Positions 14,114-25,695 of a stretch of DNA of 64,000 nt are shown here, piece after piece. Location: positions 2,852,011 to 2,916,010 of the forward strand of contig MU054117.1 of the NCBI GenBank assembly GCA_013239625.1, read 5' to 3'. This DNA is from Lama guanicoe. Taxonomy: Eukaryota. Under the pieces are notes generated by a model. That model did not search any database, was not told the DNA's origin, and saw only the letters and a program-made list of their open reading frames with translations. The stretch's first letter is position 1. The number at the start of each line of letters is the position of its first letter. The translations under genes were made by a program, and so were the position numbers.

Positions 14114-17100
14114 TGAGGCAGAGCCGCTTTGGCCAGAGCCTCTGGCAGCCCACGGTGGCCAGTCAGAAGTAGGCAGTGTCACTGAGCAGAGGAGTGGAGA
14201 GAGAGCCTCTGGACTCCACTGTGGCACAGCTGGCAGGGGGTGGGGTCAAATTGATCTTTCTGGTCTTTTTTCCTAAGTATTTGCATTTATAGACCCTAAT
14301 CTCTCCTGCCAAATGGTGGAAAACTGTTGATACTTGACTGTTTTTTTAAAGTCTAGAAAGATATCAGATTCACATGTTTCAAGTTTATGCTTTAACCAGA
14401 GAATCTGGGTTTGATCCGCAGGATCTCTGTTAAATTAAATTAAAAAAAAAACCTAATTGCCCCTTCCAAAACAGCCCCACAGAGGATGAGGAGGAAGAGC
14501 CCAGGGCTGCTGGGGTGAGGGGAGGTCCCCGCAGGACTGATGCAAACGGTCCCTCGTCCCGCGTCACAGTCCCCCTGAGAAGAAGCACTGCCTGTCACTG
14601 CTGCCTTCAGAGGGGACCTCGGAGGACAAGCAGAGCCCGCAGAACCGCGCACGGGTCCCATCAGGGGCTGCCTCCCTTTTGTGACGTCCTGCCGCGGGGG
14701 TTCGGCGCCAAGTTCAAGCCCCGGCCCCTCCCTGACAGGGCTTTGCCGCTTCCCAGCTCAGCCTGTTCTGATGGGCAGGACTGATCACAAGAGACGTCCT
14801 TCTTTTCCTTCCCCCAGCCCCTCTGTCCCTGAAGCTGCCCCCTCCTGGCACCCCCAACAAAGCCAGGGAAGTATACCCCCCGAACAACTCAGGTGCAAAA
14901 CACGGCTGCACATACTGTGGTCTAAGCAGAAATCGCCTGTGCGACTGATTTGCCGAAAGGACACACGGCCGCGGCAGGTGACCTGAGACGCCTGTGCCTA
15001 GTGGGGCTACAATTCCTTCCGCGTGCTTGGGCCCGGGGGGCTTTCTGCCCCTGACCTGCAGGTGTGGCCACCGCACTGCTGGTCTGTCTGTCCCCCAGGC
15101 CACACTGCTCTCCCTCCTTCCCCTGCTGCCCCAGCCAGGAACCCGCAAGGGTCTCTCCTGGTGACACCTGAGAGCAGCCTGGGCGCAGACTCAGCGCGGG
15201 GCAGGGAAGTCGTGTGGCAGGAGGGGCGTGAGTCACCGGCACCGAGGACCCCTCAGGGCGGTGGGTGTGGTGGCCAGAGCTCTGTGCTGTCGGGCCGGGC
15301 CGTCCCCTTTCTCCCTGGCTCCCCGAGAAGGACGAGGCTGCGAGCCGCTGCGGCCAGGAGAGCTGTCCGCCAGCTCCCGCTGGTGCGCTCAGCACTGTCC
15401 CCGGCTCTGTTGGGAAAACACTTACCCTTCTTCACACGCTTAATTGCTGTTTTCATCGCTATTAACCATGCGGCGTGTGACACTTTATTATAATTAAGAC
15501 TCTGCTTTGACCAGACTTCTGTTTGGGGACATCCACGGTGACATTCCTTAGCCGTGAGCAGAGCAGCGGCCGGGGTGCCTGAGTCACTGATGCCTGCAGG
15601 GCCCTCTGCCAGGTGGGTGGCCTGGAGCCGAGTCAGGGGTCACCCTGGGGTCTCAGGGCTGCCGCTGCCGCTGCGGTGAAAGAAGAAACCTGCCAGCGAA
15701 GGGGGGCAGGCTCGGGGGGCCCGGCAAGTGCACCTGACTCTGGAGACTTTGGGCCTGACATTGAGGGGGGACCTGACCCAGGGGGCCCGTCTGTCCCCGA
15801 GGCTCAGCCGCAGCTGACCACCCGCACGGATGGCCTGGGCCTCACCCCACAAGCCCCGCTGCTCCCGCCACCCCGTTTTAGTGCATAGCTCTGTTACTCC
15901 TGGTCTGGAAGCCTTTGATCCATTCCTTCCCAGACCCCTACTAAGACACACGTGTCTGTAGGGCCCAGGGAACCCTGTCAGCTAGCATGGCGGCGTGGGA
16001 GGCCGACGTCTGGTTGACTGACATCTGAGACCCTGCAGAGATGGAGTCCCCGCTAGATGGGGTGTTGTGCGTTTGTGCACGTGCTTGTGCGCGCTGACAC
16101 TGCTGACGAGAGGGGAGGACACAGGGAAGAGAGACCAGGTATGGATGTGTCACAGGGCCAGCTTCCCTGTTCCCTCTCCGCGTCCAGGCCGAGAGGCTGG
16201 GGCATTCTTGGGTAAGCCGTAGAAAATCACGGAAGGTTTTCATCCAGGGAGCGGCATAGTCTGAATGCGTCTTAAGGAGAGTCATCAGTTGACGAGAAGG
16301 AGAAGCCTGGGGAGGGGACGGGAAAGAGAGTCGTCAGGCTGGGACAGTGTCAGGGGAAGAGTGATGGGTGAGGGGCTCACTTGTGTCCAGCCCCCGCTTC
16401 CAGAGGGCTCCAGTCTAACAGGGAAACAGAGGCAGAGGTGGTGAGGCCGCCAAGATGAGGCACAGGTCGGGTGGAAAGAGCAGGCTGGGCTGGTGGCAGA
16501 GGGCACCAGGGACCTTGGAAAGAGCCCAGAGCCTGGTGGGCTGGCCCTGACGAGGGCGAGATGGAAAAGTCAATGAGTGCAGATGCTGTGAGCCGGGTGG
16601 ACGGCCCAGCTGACCACAGCTGCTCTAAGCGTGTTGGGCCGGGGGGACCCTGCAGACACGTGGCAGGAGGGACGGCGAGCGTCATGAACTGACAGATACT
16701 GGGGCTAAAAATATTCCCCAGGTGTGGGCGTGACCCAGACTAACAGGGCACATGGAACAGAGGACTCCCTGCGCTCGGTCCCGAGACGAAAGGAGAAAGG
16801 GTCACAAGAGGGGTGCCGTGAGGGAGGGGCTGGGTGGGTGGACGCAGTGGGAGCCGGCAGGGGTTAGACCTTTGAGGTAAGAGGCCGCTAGATGTGGGTC
16901 CCAAACCAGGAGGGCAAAGGAGTCGGAAATCATGCCTTAGGAGAGGCAGTTTATGTTGGAGAAGAAAAGGTTTAGGGGACGCACGCGAGCAGGAGCCGGC
17001 ACGGGCTGGCCCTGGGGGTGGAAGGAGCAGAGGCTGGTGTGGGCTCTCCTCGTGCGTTTTGGGGAAGGACCTCCTGACTGGAGGCGTCACGAAAGGAGTG

Positions 17101-18651
17101 AGCTGCCCAGTGTGCGGCGAAAGCGTCTTCCCTGGAGGGGTTCAGGCACCGCCGCCCGCTTCCTGGGAGGGCCCCCAGGGGCTCTTACGTTCTTGGGGTG
17201 AAAGGGGACCAGCTTTCTGACCCCACCGAATTCGGCACGCCTGGCCGAGCTCAGATGGGCTCCTATCGTCCCTGCTCCTCGTCCTCGGGCTCCACAAAGC
17301 ATCGCTTGCATTTGAAGTGACAACACTGAGGGCTCCCACATCCCCCCACCCTTGCAGTCCCACCCTCTTCCCAACCCACATGTCAGAGCACGCCCCCAGG
17401 GTGTCACAGCTGCCCAGCCCACACGGAAGCAGGGCTCCGGTCTGGCCGGCTGCCTTAACCACACCTCCACGTCTGTCCGCCCTGCGGAGGAAAGGTTTGG
17501 CTTTGAAGGCTCTGGCATGCTTTGCATCAGTGTTTTCTTTATTCATCCTAGAAATGTGTAGAGATTAAAGCCTCCTTGTCTCTTTCCTGCTCTGGGTTCC
17601 CTACCAGGAGACCCTCTCTCCTGCTTGTCCCCAACGTCTCCCACCACTGGGTCTCAGGAGCCCCCTGGGAACTGTCCCAGGCGCACAGGTGTCCCAGGCG
17701 CACAGGCAGCTGCCTGGCTCGTGCAGAGCTCACGCAGGACAGAGGTCCCTGCCGCACAGCCCAGCCATGGGAAGTTCTTCCCTAGACCCCACTGAAAGCA
17801 ATCTGGAGGCCTCCCGGGTCTTGGAAGGCCCGCCCCGTCTCACCAGCGCCGGCCAGCGTCAGTCAGCATCCTCGCACAGAAGGAACAGTGCATCGCAAAA
17901 CGCCGCTCGTTACACCTGCTCCCGTGCAAGATTGCCTTCCAGCCACTTCCCAGCTGAAACTGTTGGAATTATCAGTGCTTTGTGTTTTCCATTCCCGTCT
18001 AGAACTGAAAAATTCTCACCTCTTATTTCCCCCTTTCATTTTATGTTTTAAACTGTCCGGGCTGGTGATGAACGGTCAGCAGGCTCCCCCCAGATCAGTC
18101 CGTGACTGTGTGGGCTCGGTCCTCACCCCGAGATGACATGAGAGGCCGTCTGTGGAGGGGAGACGGGTGGTCAGGTCCAGGGGCGTCACTGGGAGGGCCT
18201 GACAACCACAGATGCTGCTCTGACTCAGCAGGTGTGAGATGCCCTCCCTCCCCCTCCCCCTCGGAACTTGCCCCCAGGAGATGCTGCTGCCGCCGTCCGG
18301 GGACCCCACCATGGGGACGGCTAGGTGAACCGGTGAGGCTGAGGGGGCCACTCTGAGAGTGTTCCGATTGGGTTTAGGGACGGTCTGTCTAATTAACCCT
18401 TCTCTCCCCTCCCCCATCAACTCCCACCCCCGCAGACTCACCTTCCTAATTCTGTCGCCCTCATGTTCAGATTCACATCTGTTTGCAGCACTGCCTGAGC
18501 AGACTCCACCCTAGGAAGGATGGAGGAGGTCACTGGGAGGGTGGCGGGTGGGTCTGGGAAGCCCCAAGAGTTGTGACACCCGGAGGCGGGGTCTGCCATC
18601 GATAGTCTCCCTCGGGAATGAAGCTGCCGTCCAGGCCAGTGGAGGCTCTAA

Positions 18652-19020
<369 letters not shown>

Positions 19021-20239
19021 TAAATGCGCGTCTGTTCATCCGGGACTTACGAGCATCTTCTGTGTGCGGAGGAGGATACGGGGTGGAATAAGATTTCTCT
19101 GTGCCCATGCCCCGTTTTACTGCAGACTCAGTGTCCCCCTGTGTAGGCTGCAGAATGTCCCTGTCTCCTTCCTGTCTTCCCTGCTTCTCCCCAGTCTGTC
19201 CCCGTTAAGTCCCTGACAGGCTCCCAAACTCCTGCAGCATCTCACTGCCTGTAACCGCGAAGCCCAGATTCCTTGGCCTGGTAAGTGGGGTGGGGGGGTC
19301 CCACGACCCCGCTCCAGCCACTTCCCCAGCCTCACTTCTCACCGCCCTCCTTGCTGGGCCCTCCGCCCCATCACCCCTCTGCTGCCACCGCTCACACGGC
19401 CCAGCCACACGGAGCGCTTGTAGCTCCCCGCACGTGGGCTTCCCGAGGCCCTGGGCCGCCGCCGACCCCGGCTGCGCCGCGGGGGCCGGGGCCTCTATCT
19501 GCTCTGCCTCCTTCCCTCCTGTGTGGGTCTGCTGTTCCGCAGAGTAGGGTCGGTGTGGGGGAGACTCAGGCAACAGGAACTTACCGCTCGCCGTCCAGAG
19601 GCCCCGGAGGTGTCTCCCACTGCCTCTCTCCTTGGCCTGCGCCCGGCGTCTCCTCGCCGTGCCCCACACGGCCCTCCCTCCTTGTGCATCCCTGGTGTCT
19701 CTCTGTGTGTCCCGATTGCCTGCGTCTCTAAAGACACAGGCCAGACTGGGTCAGCACCCACCCGCAGGGCCTCGGCTTAACTCGGTCGCTCCTTGAAAGA
19801 CGTTATCCCAATACAATCCTGGTCTGGGGCAGTGGGGGTCTGGGCGCCAGCACAGGGATTTTGGGGGCTCACGGTTCCGTCTATAATGCCTCCCCACCCC
19901 TCCCCACCGGGCCGCCTCTAGCGCAGGCTGCATCTGCCCGTGCGGGTATTACTCGACTCTCCTTCCCTTTGGGGTCAAGGTCCTTACGTGTCCTGCTGGG
20001 AGCTCCCTGATGCCCTGTGCTTACATCTGTCATGGAGGTGTTTAAAGCGATATATGTGCACGCTGACAAAAAAATAACAATGAAATATAAAAAAGGGCCT
20101 GAAAAGTCAAGGGGAGCCCTACGCAGTCCCGTGCCTCAGAGGCTCACACTGTCAGGGACACCTCTGGTAGCTTTTCAGCAAACGTCAGTGTGCACGAGCG
20201 ACTGTCTACCTACGCACACTTCCTTGTCATTTGCAATAA

Positions 20240-20800
20240 TTACAGCGTCACAGGAAGTTGCAAAAATAGTACATGGAGTTCTGGGAGCCCCACCCCAGCC
20301 GCCTCCGCTGGTGGCGTCTTCCACGACCGGAGGACAAGGCGCGGCTGCACCTGTCTTAGAGACACAGGTCAGGCTCATACCGCACGCACCGCCCTCCACA
20401 GCCTCGTCTGTTTAACCGCGGGTCTCAGAGATGCTGCCACAGCCTCACAGGGACACCCACTGCCTCCTCTTAAACAACCACCCAGGGTCCCGATGGCGGA
20501 CGGGCTGTCGCTCACCGAGCATTTCCACCCTCCTGTGCCGCCCTGGGTCACACTCCGTAGCCTCTGCCCTCTGGCTTCTCCAGCAGGGCGTGGCTCGTAG
20601 CTCGCTCTGAGCTCGTGTTAGGTGAGTGCGCCAAGGCAGCACCCCTGCCCTGGGAGCGTGTTCACGTGGACCGTCCCCGCAAAGCCTTCCTGGGGACGCG
20701 GAGCTTGTCATCGGGGCTGAGTGGGGGCACATGAGGCAGGGCTAGGGCAGTGCTACCGAAATTTAAAAATCTGCTAATTCGCTTCCCGAGGCCCTGGTGA
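20240..20800 (-). mobile_element. Degenerate L1M 3'-end relic, antisense and GC-shifted
   Basis: tcacaggaagttgcaaaaatagtaca...cccagc is characteristic of old L1MB/MC/MD 3' ends; the extent is uncertain. Confidence 0.45.
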
Positions 20801-21130
20801 TAGTGATCCCCTCTCACCTGTGCACAGAGCGGGCAAGGGACTTGCCTAATCCCCCCGCTAAGAAGGGCTTGTCCCAGGGCCAGCGCCTCCTGACCACCAA
20901 GACCAGGGTCTCTGGTCTCCATCAGCCAAGCCAGCACTGGCGCCTCCCCACCCTGGAGAAAACCAGAGACCCCGTGGGGTCAGAATATTAAAGGGCTGAA
21001 GGTATCGCTGTAGTGGGGAAAGCTGAAAGCCAGTTATGCGCTTGAAGGCTGCAGTGGGGGCAGGGGCGGGAGGGGAAGGCTCATTCACTGACCAGTACCC
21101 TAAATGCGTGGTCCATAGCGGTGTGTGTGG

Positions 21131-21262
21131 CGGGAAGGGAACAGCTCAGCGGGAGAGCGCGTGCTTAGCATGCACGAGGTCCTGGGTGCCATCCCCAGCA
21201 CGGCCATTAAAATAAAAACAAGTAAATAAAACCTAGTTGCTACCCCTCCATCCCCCAAAAAA
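21131..21262 (+). mobile_element. tRNA-derived SINE (camelid Vic-1 type)
   Basis: A-box-like cagctcagcgggagagc, gtgcttagcatgcacgaggtcctggg, degenerate B box, A-rich tail ending cccccaaaaaa; tccatag occurs on both flanks. Confidence 0.8.
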
Positions 21263-21879
21263 TCCATAGTGGAGGTGCGTGCTCACCGTGGTGCAGAGCA
21301 ACTTTCTGGATAATCCCTAGAACATTCTGGACCATGACAGTGGGGCTGTGCATGCCAGAGTTACAGTTCGTGGATAAAGAAGGTGATGCACCACTTTCTA
21401 CAGTGACCAGTGACCGCCTAGTGCAGTGGCTCCGCCAGACCCTAACCGGGACCTGCTGTGGCACAGGTCGGGCGACCGTAAAGTTCGTCTTTCAGCCGAG
21501 GACACGCTGAGAGTGAAAGGGAGAGCTATTAATAATTAGGCCAGGACAATGGTCCTGGGCACAGCGGGGTCGGTCCGGCTCAGTGCACCCTTTCCCTTCC
21601 CATCCCTCCTGGTCCCCCACCTGACCCCCTCGGTCCCTCGGGACACGAGCATCATTCTGCAGATGTTGAAAATGAGCCCCGGGGGCGCAGTGCAGACACA
21701 TGCACAATGCAGACTGGAAACCGGGCTGTTGCTGCCTAATTAAGTGTCCTTTCCACGACACCCACCCGAGCGGCATTATTAGATGCGAACGACTGGGCCT
21801 GCACAGTATCTGGGTCTGCACAGCGATCTCGGCTGTGGCGGTGTGTCTGCAACCCCTGGGGGCAGATTTCTACATCTTG

Positions 21880-22012
21880 GCAAGCCTGCCCCCTCCTCAC
21901 GCCCCAGAATTACTGGATTCAAATCTCTGGGAGTCGAGTCAAAACATCTGAATTTTCATCAGCTTCTCCTGGACACCAGGATGGAGAATCAGGATTGAGA
22001 AAGCTGCTTTAG
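21880..22012. mobile_element. MER5-like relic
   Basis: ccccagaattactggattcaaatctctggga...atctgaatttt...ttgagaaagctgctttag. Confidence 0.5.
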
Positions 22013-23991
22013 ACGATTCGTCCATGGACCCATCATGGAAGTGAGATGTTGGGGGAAGTTCGTAACCTTTTGATGTCAAGGGGAAAAACACTTTCCTTCA
22101 ACTCAAGGCTGGTGTGTTTTGGGGCGCCACCATCAGAGGCAGACTCCTAGGTTTGTTGGCTGGCAAATCTGAGCCAGCGGAGTCTCAGAGCGCCTAGAAG
22201 GCGTCTGATCAGGAGGCAGAAGGAAGCTGCTTGCATCTCCTTGCCTGAAGGTCTTCAAGAACAGGAGAGACACCTGTCTGAGCTGGCGTGGGTGGCCGCG
22301 GGGGCGAGGGTGCTGTCAATGACTCACTGCCAATCTCACACACACCGGAGACTCTCTTTCGACAATCCATTTAGATGTCGTTGGCAGGGCAGGTGCTGGG
22401 AGCAGGTGGACTTTGTCCGTGGACAGCAGTGTGCCTTAGAGGCCAGGAAGGCAGGATGTGTTTGGAGATCCAGGATCTGAGAGGCACAGATTGCATGTTC
22501 GTGACGTCAGGATCCTCCTTCCAGCCCTTCCAAATGCTCAGGATGCTCCCCCTGCCCACGACCTTGAACTTGCATTGATTTCCCACGTGCATGGAAGGCT
22601 CCTCGAGTCTCTTTCCAAACCACTGACGTTCAGTCGAGCCAGGTCATGGCGAAGGGCAAAGACAGACTCTTCCCTGCCACTAAAACAGCCCTTGGGGTTT
22701 GAACGCTCCTAGCGGTGCCCTGGTCTGATTGGGCGCACGGTAAATCCCGTCAGCGGTTGCGTGTGAACACTTCTTGTCTGGACTGCAGGTGGCTCACACA
22801 AATGTGAGACAGCCCCAGTTACTCCTGGGAATTAAAGCCCTGCCTTCTGAGGGGTCCCAGTCTCTGTTCTGCCTCCGTAGCCACGTAGAAGGCCACATAG
22901 AGGTCTCTCTGTGTGACAGGTTTTGAATTATTTGAAAGGCACTTACTAGAGTCCCTGTAGGTCTTAGCGCCTCTAGTCTTAAGCAAAGAGGAAGTGAGTG
23001 TCAACGCGTCGTGCATCCTGGCGGAGGAAGGTAGGAGCCGCAAGGCCTGTAAGGCGGGCTTTCCTCCATCCGTCGGTTCCGAAGCCTCGATGTCACTCAA
23101 CACCTGTGGGGGCATTGAAGCTTCGCCATCTCCTCTTTGGGTTTTCACCGTCGCTCATCTATTCGGTACTCACAGATCTAGCAAGGGTGGTGGTGGGCAC
23201 TCAAGGTGCCCTTTATCCAGGTGGGTGGTCAGGCAAAGCTTCCCGGAGGACGTGACCTTGAAGGGTAAGGAAGGAGAGGCTGGTGACTAGGGAGGGAAGA
23301 GTGGTCCAATGACGACTGGGGCTGAAGAGGGTGGCCCATGAGGCGAGACCCCATCTGTTGTAGAATTAGTCGTGTGCCAAGGGGGTGGGTGGGATTTCAG
23401 GGCAAATACAGGGGAGGCGCAGCACCAGCGTGGCTCCAGATGGGGCATGAGGTGTGTGCTGTGCACCAGCGTTGAGCCTGTGGACTGAGAATCATCCCCA
23501 GTTTTTATCTGACCCAGGTAGGAGGGTGCAGCCGAACCCCACGGCCAGCCTGGAGCAGGGTGCTGGGATGGGTTCAGAGCGGCAGGCCAGGAAAGCTGTT
23601 CGTAGGATGGAGATGTCCGTGAAATTGGGGAAACCGGTTTAGCCATGGAGTTGGCATAAACGGTGTCATTTAAGGGGAGATGGGGCGGACCACTCTACAA
23701 ACCTCCCTGGCCCCCCACTGTCTGAAAGTCTTCACTCTGTTGAACTAATGAAAAACAGTAGCATTTTGAGATTCGTTGGGTTAATACTGCCCCTGGGCGT
23801 GAATGTGTTTCTCTTCTGCTCCTCAGCTCAGAGCCGCAATCCTGATGGCAGGAGGAGTCCCCAGGCTGAGTGGGGGTCCTGCAGGGGCCGGGCAGATTGC
23901 TGGAGTGGAGGGGCTCGGTGAGTCCCAGAGGAAGCCCAGCAGCTTCCGGGCAGGGTCCCAGCTTCAGCCCCTCTGGAGATGTCTGCTCTGA

Positions 23992-24294
<303 letters not shown>

Positions 24295-24602
24295 TGAAGG
24301 ACTCCAACCTGGGCCCCTTACAACTCGGGAACTGGAGCCTTCCCGCAGGCCTCCTGGGAACCCTCCCAGCCTTGAGGACGGCTTCCAGCTATTCACGGGA
24401 GGGGTTTTGAGAACAGAGGCTGTTGCCCTGGGTTTCACCTCATTTAGGACGAGGTGAGCCAGAAGAGAACAGCTTCTGGTGGCCTAGAAGACCAGGCGTG
24501 CATTCCTTGCGCTGGCCTGCTGGGCTGGAGACCCAGCCAGGTGCCTGGAGGGCCCTGCCTCCGGGAGGCTCGACCACCCCACTCTGTCTTCCCCTGGGAT
24601 GA

Positions 24603-24911
<309 letters not shown>

Positions 24912-25695
24912 CACACGTGGGAGGCTGCCGGGAGCGGGCGAGAGCAGAAACTCACCTCCGTCTGCGGCGCTGCCCCGGGGACCCTGTTTGCAGGACTACA
25001 CGCTCAAAACTGGAGTCTGAAACCCTGCCCTCGAGATTGGTGAACTCACCGGCCTCCCGGGGGCCCGCCACTGGACAGAGGGCCCCCAGCTCCTCCGCTC
25101 TGCCCAGGGGGCCCTTCTCACAGGCTCTGTCATCGGACAGAGAGCCGCGGGCGGCGCGGCAGCTGGGCCCCGGTGGGGGAGCCCACACGTGCCCCCTCGC
25201 CCCCTAACTGTGACTCTCTGGGATCTTCAGGTTTTGCATGCTGCAGGCACCTAGGACAGACTGCTTCCCTAGAACCTGGAGACATAGTGTCTGATAGCGC
25301 AAGCCGGACTCCCCCGTGTGCGCGGCGGTGCGTGCGTGTGCGTGTGTGCGTGCGGGGCCGGCAGGCCTAGCAGTTTATTTAAGCGGCACACCGGTTTGTG
25401 CGTGCCTAGAGGGCCGAGTGGGTTGTCTGTGTGTCTCCAGGGGTGTGTGTGCGCGTGTGTGCGTGCGTGTGCGTAGACATCTATTGCTCTCAGAGGAGAT
25501 TCTGTTGCTTTCGAGTAGGACTTTGTTTTGTGATTAGTTCTCCCTCGCCCACCCCGTCCCGGATGTTAAGCTGCTGTGAGACGTTCTCTGAACTAGCTCC
25601 GGTCTCCTTTTGACTAGACTGTGGCTCTGAACCCTGAGCATAGTACCGTGCCCTCCATGAGCGCTCAATAAATGCACATGAGAGGGAAGTGTGCC
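24912..25695 (+). other. PRMT8: PRMT8 3'UTR (end approximate)
   Basis: Lies between the stop codon and the first AATAAA (25667), which is followed by a GU-rich element. Confidence 0.7.
25667..25672 (+). terminator. Polyadenylation signal AATAAA of PRMT8
   Basis: First AATAAA seen downstream of the stop; followed by gtgtgcctggtg (25689-25700) and a G-rich tract. Confidence 0.72.
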
